Notes under the pieces: generated by a model
Seen by the model: only the letters and a program-made list of their open reading frames with translations
The model's database searches: none
What the model was told of the DNA's origin: nothing
Assembly: GCA_965644295.1 (NCBI GenBank)
Contig: CBFFRP010000374.1
Location: forward strand, 43,851-107,850
DNA from: Paraphysomonas bandaiensis
Lineage: Eukaryota > Protista > Chrysophyceae
Reading direction: 5' to 3'
DNA: 64,000 bases
Part shown: in pieces, positions 50,703 to 63,828 of the stretch
How the letters are laid out: each line of letters opens with the position of its first letter
Position numbering within the stretch: position 1 is the stretch's first letter
Translations under genes and position numbers: made by a program

Positions 50703-51288
50703 ATTAGAATTTCCATCATTTGTTACGAGGAAAGAGTATTTGCTGATGTGAACTGGATTGCATTTTGTAGTACTAGAGACTGTTGTGCTGTCGAGGTGTA
50801 TGACACCAACATGAAATTTAAGTACATGTAGTTGTAGAACCGCATTAGTTAGCTAGTCTACATATTAGTAGTTTTTAACACACACATTTATATTTAATAA
50901 TGGTGTTACTGTGATTTTAAGAGTCTTTGTTAAGCGAGGAGAAGTTATGCGTGGGACAATGATGAGAGTAATTGAGTACTTACTTGCAAATATGAAAACT
51001 ACTTGCAAGTATGTACAATATTCTAGTAAAGGTTTTGTATTTCAAAAATTGAAAGAGGGAATGGGTCCACTATGCCTGAGCAAGAATGAGCGACGAATCA
51101 GGGAATTTACCCTCAACGTGTTTAAAATAAGTGATAATAATTTTAATGTATGCGCGCATTACGTAGTATAGGTAAGTGCTAAGAAATAAGAAAAAGTAAA
51201 TCAAAGCTTGACATTGTAAGAGAAGTATTAACGTAACAAGCAACTGACTGTACATTATACTCAAAAGTTGAGAATTATAAATTATAAA

Positions 51289-51606
51289 TTGTAGACGTCG
51301 TTGAGCCTTAACGAGTTAACAGGCATCCGGCAATGGCCCATCTCAAGGGCATCCGGTATTGGGCTGTCTGCTGAAGTCAAGCATCCGCTTAAGAGCACAA
51401 AAAACTTAAAGTCTGCAGATGTCAGTATATCAACATTCTGCCTACTCACTGCATTTGCTTTGAGAGATAGAGCAAAAGGTTTTGCACTTTGATTCATGCA
51501 GTGACGCATAAACAGCTTTCGTAGTGTTAAATAGTAGGATATCAAAGTTAAGCACTGAATCCAGACTCCTAAACGCCTACCTATTTCAAATAATAAGACA
51601 TTCATT
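51289..51606 (+). repeat. Copy F: 5'-truncated (~320 bp) copy of the SINE-like repeat
   Basis: Collinear with 62860-63140 and the reverse complement of copy C, through to the AATAATAAGACATTCA end. Confidence 0.8.
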
Positions 51607-52090
51607 AATATAGTATTATTCACAACCTTAGCCATAGATTATGATAGCATAATGGGATCAAATATGTAGTGTTCGACGATCCTCATAGTAACATGGTATA
51701 GCTCTGAGATGGGGGACAAACAAGGAAGAGATGATATACAGCAAGGTATTCTCTAGACGTCTTGATCCCTAATTCTCCGACAATGCCTTTTGGTCTGGGC
51801 TAAGCTTCCTTCTAGATAATTGCTATACGCAAGCTAATATTTTGAGGCTAAAGTTAATGTATTATACTGTAATATATATGGCGGTATGGGCCGCTTACAA
51901 TATAATTGTGACGAGAACTTTCACGACAGCCATTAAATGGTACTGTTCCCATCTGCCAGTAGCTTTAATAGTGCAATACACAGCAATAAAATATTCTACA
52001 GCTCCACTAGGTGCTATAAATCAAGAACATAAAAATAAAAGAAATGGCTGGAATTATGCATTAGACAACAAGAGAATAGCGTCCTAATAT

Positions 52091-52693
52091 CTACTCCTCA
52101 GGGATAGTGATGGAGCCATCATCAATCTCTGACTGAATATCAAAAGGGGACTTGCCATTTACACTGCAGCCGATGGAAAAGCATGATCCAAGAATCTCCT
52201 TAACGGTACCTGACAGCTTTCTGGCCATGGACTTCTGCCTCATAATACGGGCAATGCCAATAACTTGGTCAAGAGTCAAGTTTCCGTTGTGGACAACATT
52301 CTTCACTTTCTTTCTGTCACGAGGGGGCTCTTTGAGCTCCTTCATGATAAGAGCGGATGCTGTGGGGATAATAGTAGGTGTCGCCTGTGAGAAAGAATCA
52401 CCATTCGAAAACAATTGCGAAGGAATTTAATTACCACACGGTTTACAACACTGAGCTTCACAGTTACTTTAATTCCCTTCCAGTCCATAGTTGCCTTCTG
52501 AATGTCTTCTCCAACCTTCTTGGGGGACTTTTCATTGTATTAGAATTACATAACCACAAAACTAAACATAGTATATACTTACAAGGCCGAGAGGACCCAG
52601 CTTAGGGGCCAGAGAAGAGGCAGAACCAACTTCGCCTCCAATGGCCTTTAAGACAACAACTTTCTCTTCTCCAGGTGGTGGTGGTGGTCCCAT
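52091..52693 (-). CDS. RPL12: 60S ribosomal protein L12 (uL11); 3 exons
   Basis: [19 protein letters not shown]|[16 protein letters not shown]; [22 protein letters not shown]; GTVKEILG. Confidence 0.97.
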
Positions 52694-53335
52694 GATGCTA
52701 AACTATTTGTTTCCAGCCTAAGGTATAACAAGTGCTTTACTATGCAAACAAACCACTCTCTCAGTATTTCTTTTTCCAGTCAATAAAACCTATCAACACA
52801 ACCAAACACTATGCGTATCTTCAACCGATTTTCAGTTCTATATTTTCAATAGGATTTGTTTGGACTTTGTAGGGAAGGGAATGTAGACTACTGTCGTATC
52901 ATTGTTAGAATTGAATTTTTTGTAAAATTTCGCGATATTTTTTTTTCATCCTATGTGACATGTATCCTATGTGACATTGGACAGAACTGTATTCGATAGG
53001 ACGATATTTTTTTTCTATGTAGATTTTCTATGTCGAATCTATCCTCCCACTCGCTGTGTGTGTGTATAATTTCATATATAATAATTTTTTTTTCTATGAA
53101 TAATTTTTTATATGAGAGTTTTGGGTCAGAATAATCAGGAAAGAAATTACGCACACTTGGGTTGCGTGCATAGATTTATTGATATAACTTTGCTCAGTAT
53201 TACTATGGAGAGGTCATAGATACCCTGTAAGTCATCTTCACACTTAAGAAATCATTCCTTTAATATTTTTGTATGTGATTATAGGGATCTACTTGATTGA
53301 ATTGAATTACAGGATTATTATATTAATAATATAAG

Positions 53336-54315
53336 ATGACTCTCAGTTATGAAGAGGCACTTGGAACACTCTGTTCTATGTTCGAATCATGGGACCGTGA
53401 AACACTTGCGGCTATATTTGAGAGTAATGGATATCATGTGGAGAGGACAATAGAAACCATACTTGCGATGGAGCAGCCGGAGTTACAAGCGTCCGAACCT
53501 GAAGTGGATCACAGGTACGATAATGATACCACATAACGCCTTTAGTTGAGATATTATACAGCGACACTGGAGCATTGATTGATATGGATGATATGGGGGT
53601 TGATTTCGGTCAGCAATATTCTCAACAGAGAGCTCCTGCTGAGTTTGCACCTCAGGATAAGAATAATGGGCACAGAGGCATCGCATGCACACTTCCGGAT
53701 GATTTCCTTCGGGTATTTACCTCGTTGTTCTTTTCTCGTCAATATAATAAACTGGTTTCATTCTATTTTTAGCCACCAGGTCGAACCTTGGATAAACAGA
53801 CTATGAGGGACGAACAGCTAGCGCTGATGTTGCAGGTACAGATTTCAGCCAGTTGAGTTTTAGTTAAGTCCTACTCTTATTTATAGAATGAGCTCTTTCA
53901 ACGGGAGGTGGAGCAGGCTCTTGGTCATCATCCTTTTTCCGATGCGTACACCTCTAGAAGAGAAGGATCGGGTCAGAGAATGAACCGCACGCAACAGCAA
54001 GCGGAGGGTATCCCCGACATGGGTATTTTAAAGATGCTAAACGAGATGGGCGAAGGGATGAAGTCACAGCTCAATCAGCTGGCAATTAAATTCAACAGCA
54101 GTATCAGTGGCACGGGAGCACAGGAGGATGAGCTCGGTGGTACGGAGACCCGTCCGTTGACCGCCCGGGACTATGAAGAAGAGGATGACGACGAAGAAGG
54201 GCCCCTAATATCGTCGACATCATCATCGGCAGCCACAAGACGAGCGGTTTCGTCTTCGTCCGGCGCAGCTGTCAGACGCACTCAGGCCGTAGGTGGGGGG
54301 AAGAAGGACAAATAA
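53336..54315 (+). CDS. CUE-domain (ubiquitin-binding) protein, multi-exon
   Basis: ALGTLCSMF..WDRETL.AIFESNGYHVERTIETILAM; LPDDFLR; DEQLALMLQ|NELF. Confidence 0.8.
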
Positions 54316-54772
54316 CTGTCATGCCTTTTATCACCTTTGTTTACATTTGTATCTACATTGGTAATTGATGCATTAGCACTGCCCATGCCCACGGCATTTT
54401 AGGAGTCATATAATTCAAATTTCAAATTAACCGTAATCAATATTTGTCGTTGTACTCCCTTAAAGCGAAATATTTTACTGTGAAAGTAATATTGACACTA
54501 CTTAGTTGTGAAAAATAATCGCCGTTGTCTGTGTGTAATATGCAGAATCTTCATGGCCTGGTAACTGGTAACCGATAATGGTAATGGTATTAATGGGCCA
54601 TTAATAAGAATGCCTTTATAATTGCCGGAGCGTTTTTCATTATTGCCATTATAATTACCGGGAACTGGACTATCATTAATGGAATGTAGTGGTACATGAT
54701 ACATGCTATATATAGAACTAAGTGAAATCGAATATTAGGAGTTATTGATTCACGTATATCTCTTAACGCGTG

Positions 54773-54838
54773 AATACAACACACGTATACAATGAAATAC
54801 CAAGTAATACAACACACGTATACAATGAAATACCAAGT
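54773..54838 (+). repeat. 33-bp perfect tandem duplication inside the hAT element
   Basis: AATACAACACACGTATACAATGAAATACCAAGT x2. Confidence 0.9.
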
Positions 54839-55290
54839 AGACTGAATAATTACCAAACTATACATGATACGCGACTGTACAAGATACGCACATGTGTGGT
54901 GCTAACGCTCTTCTCAAACGTGTCTTGCTATTATACTATTAGGCCTTACCGTTCAATCTTTATCTCTAATAATATCAAGTATATCCTTGCTAAATATCAA
55001 GACTAACTTTAAATCTTATTTCGAAGCAATGTTAAACGATGTTCATGCAACTCTACAGCTAATTTATGGCAATTTTGTTCATTATCAGCGGCAAACTTAA
55101 TTCTATAAGAGTTAGACTGAGCAACAACTAATACTCAAAAACTCTGAAAAATCATTGAAAATATGCATATTTCACCTTAGTAGAGAATATTCATAAAAAT
55201 ATTCTTTTTCCCCAAAGTTGAAAGAAGGTGCAGTACTTAATTAAACAAAATATTATATTTTGTAATTATACCATATATTTGTAAGCAACG

Positions 55291-55758
55291 ATGATGGCCA
55301 AAAAAGCCGATGGCAGTGTAATTTACAGAGCTTCTTCCGAGTTAATTTGCTGGACCACCGAGCTACCTTCCTTCGATCGGGCTATATGTTTGTTTTTTGA
55401 CACTAGACGAGCAAACTGGTATTCCTTGATGAAAAATCTAAAGACGTTTAAGAATGCCAGTTTGCTCTCATCCGACAGCCGACAGCCGACAGCCGACAAA
55501 AGTGCAGCACCGATGTCACCAAGAGAGCTCGACTTGGTACCTACTATCTATGAGTCCAGCTACCGCTTCTTGCTTAATATCGAAGCACAATCATATGTTG
55601 TTGTTGAGAGGCTCTGTAGTCGTGCAAAGTTGATTATGACACCTGAGCGTAGAAACATGAATCCATATCGTCTAGAATCGTTGCTATTAATACAAGCCAA
55701 TTACATTCTGTGGGATGCTTATATGCTTATGCCCTCCATGAAGCAAATTAGATTCTGA
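55291..55758 (+). pseudogene. hAT transposase remnant (C-terminal dimerisation domain)
   Basis: VERLCSRAKLIMTPERRNMNPYRLESLLLIQANYILWD matches the ER.FS.AK....R..L.P..LE.LL.L..N..LW pattern. Confidence 0.8.
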
Positions 55759-56241
55759 TGTGCCAGTGGAGAGCGAGATTCATAGTCTGTTATTACACTA
55801 AAATAGTAATTAAGGGAGCATTACACTATATATTATGCGCGGTATTATCTACTTAGGTATTAATGGCCATTATATTAGCCGGGACAGTTTTCAATAATGC
55901 CATTATAATTGCCTGGAACTGGACTAGCCATTACTGGTTACCAGACCCTGATGAATTGAGTATTGGTGAATTGGTAATATATAGATAATTTTTATTCGTG
56001 ATCATCTTGCTAGATAAAGTTAGATCTTGTTAAGAAAGCTAAAGTCTTGTGATCTATACAAGCAATTATTGCACAGTTGTTGTCAGCTTCTGTACTTTAT
56101 AAGATCAAGAGGTTATGTTATGACGTAAACATGTCTAGAAAAGAAAATATATAGATCTTAATTTAACACCAATTGTAATTGTTCCTACATTCCATTATGT
56201 CATTACCTTGACTCAATGCTTCTATGCTTCTACCTACAATA

Positions 56242-59200
56242 TTAAAACAATACTCCGGGGTTGAACGTTATGATTGGGTTAGATACAGTAGCGGCCTTCG
56301 CAGAAGACTTGGACAACGCCTTAGTTGATGACGATTTATTAATCTGTGGGCGCCCAATGCTTGGCGCAGTCTTGGATCGCAGCATTTTCGACTGAGATGA
56401 TCTACCTTCACTAGATGCTGATTTATTTCTCTCGAGTCGCCTTGAATGCCCACCACCAGAAATAGGAGTATTAGCAACAGGAAGTACCTTGCGCACTGGT
56501 GCTGTTACGTGTGCAGCGGACCTAACAACAGGGTTGTTGTATACCGACCGTGTAAGGCGCTGTCTGTCTTCAACTGAACTAATTCCATTATTCACAACTT
56601 TTTTTCCACTACCTCTTCTGGCTCGAGCAGCTAACGAAACTACCTTTTTCTTTTTTTTATTTCTACTTTGAGGTTCCAATTGTCCTGCACCAACATTGTG
56701 CTGCTGCATCTTTCTAATCTCTGTATCAAGGAGACTTCCAACTCCTGCACCTTTGACTCCTTCCAATCTCTCGTTCTTCTTATCGATTAGTTTGCTACGT
56801 AAATACGAATCGCTAGGAGTATCCCCAGCTGCTTCGTCCTCGGCAGCCCTCAGCAAATCCTCATCTTCACTATCAGATTCTCCTAAATCCGGAAGCAAGT
56901 TACCTTTTGCGGCCCCAAAACCTCTAGTGTGAAGATGAGGTGCTGATCTAGAACCAGCGTGTGCAATTCCAGCAGAGGGTCCAGGCATTCCGCCCGAGGA
57001 TTTAGGCCGCAATATTCCAGCAGCCGAAGCACCCCTTGGTGGGAAACGCCCAGCGCTTGAGGCAGACACTGGTCGTTGGGCGATATGATCGCTGTGAGAC
57101 ATATGCGGAAAAGACCGCTTACTTCTAGCGGGAGAGGAGTAGTTGGCCATGCGGGAATCCCCATCCCCATCTTCCGAGCGGTCAGAATTGTGTGTGTCCC
57201 GACCAATTGTTTCCCGAGTGGCGGACTTCTTCAATTCGGCAGCGTGGTACCCTGATCGGACACCAAACTCTGTTGATTCCAGGAGTCGCTCTACGGCCTC
57301 TTGTTCTGGATTGTTGTTGCGGATGTCAATACGAAGCGGATGCTTCTTACCCTCAGCAACTTCTCTTGCCGCTGCTTCATCCCTGAGTTTTGTATGCATA
57401 TCCATCTCGTCGTCTTCGTCCTCATCCTTCTTCTCACTTGCACGACGCCCAACAATGCCGCTGCTATCCATACCCTTCTTCTGTCTCAACTCCTTTGCTC
57501 TAAATACTCACTGTTAATGCAATGTCAGTTAAATTCTAAACTGAAACATACGTTCCCATAATTTCTCTATGACCCTCGATCATAAAGCCGTTCTGTCTTT
57601 GTGTCACATAGAGAACAGAACTATTCCGGCGAGTTGCATCAAATAACATCTTGGCCCCTGTGAAGCAACCCATAACTTCACAAAATAGTGTGGCAAGTAT
57701 CATACCAATAGGAGAAATCATGTTTCCACGAACATCTAGCATTCTAAGGGAAGATGACTTTTCCACAAGTCCGCCAAGTATCTGTTGCTCACAGTAACTA
57801 AACACTTTCATAAACAAAAATATGCACACCTTGCACGAAATATCGGTCAGCACATTGTCCTTTAGGTTCAATAATAGAACGCGGTCTGTATAATTGCTCT
57901 GGACAGTGAGAAGAGTCTTTGCTAATAGGGAGGCCGCAGTCAGCTTTTCCCCTGAATATATATATCAGAATGAACTTCACTCTAAGCCATATCAGAAACC
58001 TGTGAGCTGTATTCCCAATCCACTTGCCATCATCATGTCGTTCTTAGATATCGCTGTACCGCTCTCACGCGCCATGGTTGTCGTATTTCTTTCGTCATCG
58101 CTCGTCGTGTTATTGTCTCCATTACCAATACCACCATTGCCAAGTGCCCCACAAAGTAGGCCAACTACCCCATGAAGTGTCTCGTCATCTATTTGCGACT
58201 CCGGGAGCCTTACTTCAATGGCTCCAATCACCATTGCTGCGTCATCCCCCCCTTGGCCTGGAGTAGAACCTACGTCCGTATTATTAAAAGCCGCAGAGGC
58301 GGAGAGATGTTCAGCCACACTCTTGAGCTGAAGCAGCAGTCCACGCAGACGATGGTTGTCTGGGACAAGGGCATCTGCAGAACTGGGACCTGCCTCTGCA
58401 ATTTCCCTCCGTTGCACTTCAATGTCATCTAAATTGTCTCTACCCACACGACTAATTTCATCCATCACCTTCCGCAAGTCACTTAAGCGCATCTGCTCAC
58501 GCACATACTTCATCACGTTCTTTTGCTTGGCTATACGCTCCAACGAAAACAAGTGCTGCATATTCTTCACACGATTTTCACTGTACGAAACTTTGCTTTG
58601 TAGCTTCGCTGTGGCCATACGGGATTCACCCAGCTGACACAGATAATCTTGCACTGTTTGGCGAAAGAAATTTAAAACCGTGGCCAGCTGCGGAGTAGAG
58701 TCAGTCCAGCAAAGCTAGAAACAGCACGCAAATCAGTACCTTCTCAGTAAACATCGCAGGAATCTTATCGGGATGGCGAGTCTGAACAAACTTTAAAAAT
58801 GCTGGCACCTGTAAACCAACGAGGAGTTCCTCCGCCTCGGCCTGTGCAGATGCGCTCACCGATCCACCACCCACTTTGTCAAGAAATATTTCAAACAGCC
58901 CATCGGTATGTAGTCGCACGCTGTAGTTTTCCTTCGTACAACATACATATTTAGCAGATTACGCATGTCACAAAAGGCAATGTACCTTAAGCTTTACTTT
59001 CTTTGTTGGCTTGGCACCATCAGAGTCTTTGCGCAGCAACTGCCTTTCCCCTGTAGTGAACCCGCATATTACGTCGAATAGTTGTCTTTCAACAAATCCT
59101 TCCACAGTGTTAGGCAATGGATTGGCGACATCTAGTCTGTAAGTAGACTCCAAAATGTTCCGTGTCCCACCTTCTCTCTCGGTTAATCCGGGTGAGGGGT

Positions 59201-60761
59201 GGGTTAATAGTCGTTCTACAGTGTCTTCATAGCTGTCAGGTTCTTTTCCAGCACTTACACCAGCCCCAGGTGTCTCATATGGGGCAGCAGTGTCAGTAAG
59301 AAAAGCTGAAGTCGATGTTTTCGCAGCATTGCGACGATACGATGGGTTATCCAGTTCGTACAGTGTCTTATCCATAAAATTACGTTGAACAGTTACTAAT
59401 CTTTCCCTCAAGTCTATATTAGCTACGTTAAGGCTATTTATTTGTGCTTTGAGAAGAGCCTTTTGCTCCTTCCATGTTGCCGATAGAGCAGAAGCCTGCT
59501 CCAACTGCTCTAGGAGGTACGATATCCTATTCCTCAGAGCACGACTGGCCTCCTCAGCTATCTTGCGCTTCCTACGTTCCTCTCCCCGACCCTCCGCTTC
59601 CCCTTGCTGATGCCGTACAAGGGTTGCAACACCATTCTTCAGATTAGTGGCAGCCCCGGGGGATAAGGCGCCAGTATCACGTTGCTGGGAGAGTAAAGAG
59701 TCTAACCGCTCTGCGAATTGTTTGTTTTCTCTGCGAAGTTTGACCACCTCCTTTTTCATGGCATTGAATGTGTCCGTGTTTACAGTAGCCGACTGAGTGA
59801 TTGCTTTCGCATCCTCTTTGAGATCTTGTATCTGTGTCTGAGCGTCCTCAAGTTTCACACGTATCGCACTATTGTCCGCTTCGCTTCGTTGCAATAGGTC
59901 CATGTGAAGTTCAACACTCTTCACCAGCTCATTGTTACGACTCTGTAGAGTAGCATTGTTACGCTCGATCTCTTTGAAACGCTCCATTTCCTCTTTCGAA
60001 AGTACAAGAGTTTTGTCGTTGAGCTCGTCTACTTGATTTCGAAGCAAAGCATTCGTCTCTTGTTTCACAGTGTTAGCAGCCCTCATACGTTTGTTCTCAG
60101 TAGATAACTCTGCGATAGAACGCTCCTGCTCGCATATATCAGTTTTTAGGTGCTCTACTTCTCCCTTCAGATTCCTTTCGGACTGAAGTGTTGACTCGTA
60201 AGCCAGTCGCAATTTTTCGTACTCGGCATCCTTTTCTCCAAGTCGGATTTGAAAAGTTTTAATTTTCAAGTTAGCGGTATATAGTTCCTCCTTCAGATTT
60301 GATATTTCTTGCGATTTCGCCTCACATTCTCCAACAGACTGGTGCAGCTGATCGTTAATAGCTCTCCCACTTGCCCGCGACTCTTCCAAGTCACCAAGTG
60401 CACTCGTTAGCTCTTTCTCAGTACGAGCAAGCTTAGCCTCCAACTCGACTATAATACTATTCGTTATCCTAGCTTCTGTATCTTCTCTAGAAGCCGCTGT
60501 CAATAGCCGAGCATTTGTTAATGAATGTTGTAACTGATCGTTTCTATCCCTTAGGCCATGAATTTCTTTCGTTAGTGACAGCACCTCCTTCTGAAGTAGT
60601 GATATTTCCCTATCCTTGCGCTTGTTTTCATTGTCCCGGCGCTCTATACGCCGTTTCAACTCATTGATATCTACAGCTGTTTCAATGTCAGCCTGTGCTT
60701 GACTGTGAGCATTGGTAGTTGCCATAGAGACACCATCCACTGTTAATCCGCGAGTTGACAT
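56242..60761 (-). CDS. Large coiled-coil protein with a short RI-type leucine-rich repeat region and a disordered C-terminus; multi-exon
   Basis: 597-aa heptad-rich exon; spliced LKDNVLTDISCK..SLRMLDVRGNMISPIG(A); consecutive minus-strand ORFs separated by ~50-bp GT-AG introns. Confidence 0.8.
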
Positions 60762-62690
60762 ACTCTACACAAGCCTGTTTTCAGAGGCAAATACACAGAA
60801 CCAACTGTCTTCTCGTTTCAATAGAGTATAAGTCAGGATCGGTGTATCTAACGATAAATATCGCCTTTAGAAAACTCAATAGTGAAAACACGACTACAGG
60901 ATGCACTCAGCTCCCATATGTACAAGACTATCTCTCACCCCACACCCACAATAATACACTCAAATGACTACAACAATACAGAGAGTCAATATCGTCTCTC
61001 AGTTGTGTGTATATATAATTGAATGGGATGTCTGTGCATGTAACCCCATCGAATAGTGACTACAATCATCTCATTAAAACAACAAAAAAACTGAATCTAC
61101 AAACAAAAACAAAGCAAGCAACAGTTTTACTTTCACTCTTTTTTATTGTGTTTTCAAATTTTTACACAGAATTCTAGAGGACAAAATTGCACAACTTTGG
61201 AAAATCCTGATTTAAAAAATAAAAGCTGGATTTTTGACAGTTCTACAAAGATTATTCTCATTTGAGATTAGCGAAACCTAAATTTAAAAATCCCTTTTTT
61301 TACACACGAAAGTCGGCATATTGTACACAGAATCCAGAGACAGGCAGATGTCTGTTAGCTTCACATAAAGGATACTGTGCGATACTTCTAGTAATAAGAG
61401 GAACGCAGGCTGATATGATCATAACCTCACTGGGAATACATGAGCTCATAGTTCTTTCATGCCACATGCTGCTGGTTGTTGATTTAGCTGGTGAAAGGTA
61501 TGGTTAAGTGGCAATCATACAGGAGAGTTGGTCTATTTCAAAGACAGAGATAGCAGAGTTGATTCCATGACCATAACACCAGAGGGCTCTCAGGTAATAC
61601 GATCGGATGATATTGTAAATATATTCACTTTAGTGGTTCGAAACAGAGCATATGAATATACTCATACTGCAGAGATGATCATCAGAGAGACTCACGTAAG
61701 AATCATAACTCGCTCCACTTGAGTGAGTAACACGCCAAATTTCTCCTTCTATACGACTATATCGCCTCAATATATACGAATGTGTATATCTTGTAGAATT
61801 TGTGATTAGCATACGCTGTACAGATACGTATCTGTTGGGGCCTAGTCTATACACCGATTTTTGAAGGCATATACTAATATGGCATGTGTTAGTGCATGTC
61901 AATCATTGTCGCCCATATAGTGTATTCTGTATTTTGATATGTAGTAGTTTCTATTATACATTAATAGCTTCGTATGTTATTGTGATATCTTGTATAGGTA
62001 TATATTAGCTAGTAGCTAGTAGGACTTACGTATAAAAAGCAAGACCAGTAATAGTTCAATCCTATTTCTTGGTATCTAGTCATCTTTAAGAACGAAAACA
62101 ATTTGGCACTAAATTTTTGACCTATAGGTACTACCCATAAGTACCAATTCTTTGACTTAATTTGACCTACGGGTAACGGAAATTGCCTGTTTCGAAGATT
62201 ATAGATTTCGCTCTGTTAAGTCGATTGTCGTGGTAGTATTGCTTCGGGCAATGTTTTAGAATTGATACAGGATACTAGGAAGGGATAATGTGGAGCTTAT
62301 AGTGGTTTTGAATTTTTGAGATTAATTTCTTGGTGGTATGTTCGACCTCTGCGTTGTTTTTCGCCTAAAGTAGAGCACTTAATTGTAGTAGTGAATGTCT
62401 TGTCATTATCAATAGGCGTTTAACTTCCAGTAAGATCACAGTATTACCTTATAGACATTTAGCTATATATAATTTTAATGATTTTAAAATGATTTAAAAG
62501 TAGTGAATATCTTATTATTAGCAATAAGAGTTTAAGAGTTTTAGCACTGCAATTTAATTAACTAGTGCTTACTTCAGATACCCTACTATTTAGCTCTACG
62601 AAAGCTGCTTGTGCGTCACCGCAAGCACCAAGGTGCAACCACTTTCGCTCTATCACTCTCAAAGCAAACGCAGTGAGCAAACAGAATGTT

Positions 62691-62777
62691 CCCTCAACAA
62701 AGTTGGACTCACACCTTTTCGTGGTGTTCTGGGGGATAAGTACAGGAGATATTTCTCCGGGAAAGTAACGTGAGCCA
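62691..62777 (+). ncRNA. Candidate HDV-like ribozyme fold at the 5' end of the repeat (also 1396-1481 and 6837-6924 on the minus strand)
   Basis: P2 GGACTCAC/GTGAGCC, P3 ACC/GGT around TTTTCGT, G-run, P4 hairpin, then CTAA in copies A and C (GTAA in this copy); P1 imperfect. Confidence 0.45.
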
Positions 62778-63263
62778 CATATACAGGCTGCACATATTGC
62801 TCTGCCCACACATAGCCGAATGCTTGTGTGGTACAAGGAACACCAAAAAAGTGTAACTTGTGTAGACGTCTTTGGGCCTTGACGAATAATAAACATCCGG
62901 AAATAAACCCACCTCAAGGGCATTTGGGACAGGGCCCATTTGAAGGGTAAGCAGGGGTATTGGGCTGCCTGCTGAAGTCAATCATCCGGCCTTAAGGACT
63001 CAAAGAACCTAAAGTTAGCAGATGTTAGGTATATCAACTTTTGCTCATGGTGTTTGCTTTGAGTGATAGAGCGGAGGTGGTTGCACCTTGGTGCTTGCGG
63101 CGACGCACAAGCAGCCTCCGTAGCCTTAAATAGTAGGATAATAGATTTTGTACTAATTAGTTACAGGTAGACGTGTATCTAAATTGACTAGTTTTCTTCT
63201 AGCTACTAAACTGCTGCTGATTCTTAACAACGCCAATTGCTAATAATAAGGCTTTCAATATAT
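62691..63263 (+). mobile_element. Copy G2: full-length SINE-like element inserted in the opposite orientation into G1/G3
   Basis: TSD CAGAATGTT (62682-62690 and 63267-63275; up to 12 bp with one mismatch); no TIRs. Confidence 0.8.
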
Positions 63264-63467
63264 AAGCAGAATGTTGATATACTGACACCTGCTGACTTCA
63301 GAATTTTTGATTCCGTAAGGTAAAAACAGCCGCAGCAGGCTTGACTTCAGCAGGCTGCCCAATACACCGGTTACCCTTCACGTGGGCCCATTCCCGGATG
63401 CCTGTTTACTTGTCAAGTCCCAAAGACGTATATACAAAAGAGACACTAATTATAGTGTCCCTTGCAC

Positions 63468-63828
63468 TTGTGGGCCTGGTAACTATTAATGGTAGTCCAG
63501 TTCTATAATTAGAGTGTCTGAGTATGAGTGCGTTGTTATATGTTGTTGCTCAGGAAACTATTTGCTAACTCTTGTAGCATTAAGTTTACGCTGATAATGA
63601 ATAAAGTTGCCACAAATTAGCTGTAGAGTTGTATGAACATTGTTTAACATTGTTTAGATTTCACTTATAGCTCTATATTATAATATAGTAGCATAATATA
63701 TCCAATACCAGTACATTCTATTAATGGGATGCCATTAATAGTAGTCCGGTTCCCGGCAATAATAATGGCATTAATGAAAAATGTCCCGGCAAAAATTCCA
63801 TTACCATTATCGGTTACCAGGCCCTCTG
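63468..63828 (-). mobile_element. hAT-derived MITE (~360 bp) of the same family as 54552-55950
   Basis: TIR core GGGCCTGGTAAC / GTTACCAGGCCC; 8-bp TSD CCTTGCAC / CCTTGTAC (63460-67 and 63829-36); 63720-63825 is the reverse complement of 54555-54685. Confidence 0.8.

Larger units (their letters stand above)
54552..55950 (+). mobile_element. Internally deleted hAT DNA transposon
   Basis: TIRs CATGGCCTGGTAAC / CAGGGTCTGGTAAC; subterminal CCATTA/TAATGG repeats; hAT dimerisation remnant inside; 8-bp TSD not preserved. Confidence 0.8.

Noticed and set aside
62960-63000. 5S rRNA-like GAAGTCAAGCA / AGTTAAGC segments in the repeat (5S-derived SINE3?)
   Set aside because: Only ~10 nt of similarity; no box C or 5S secondary structure.
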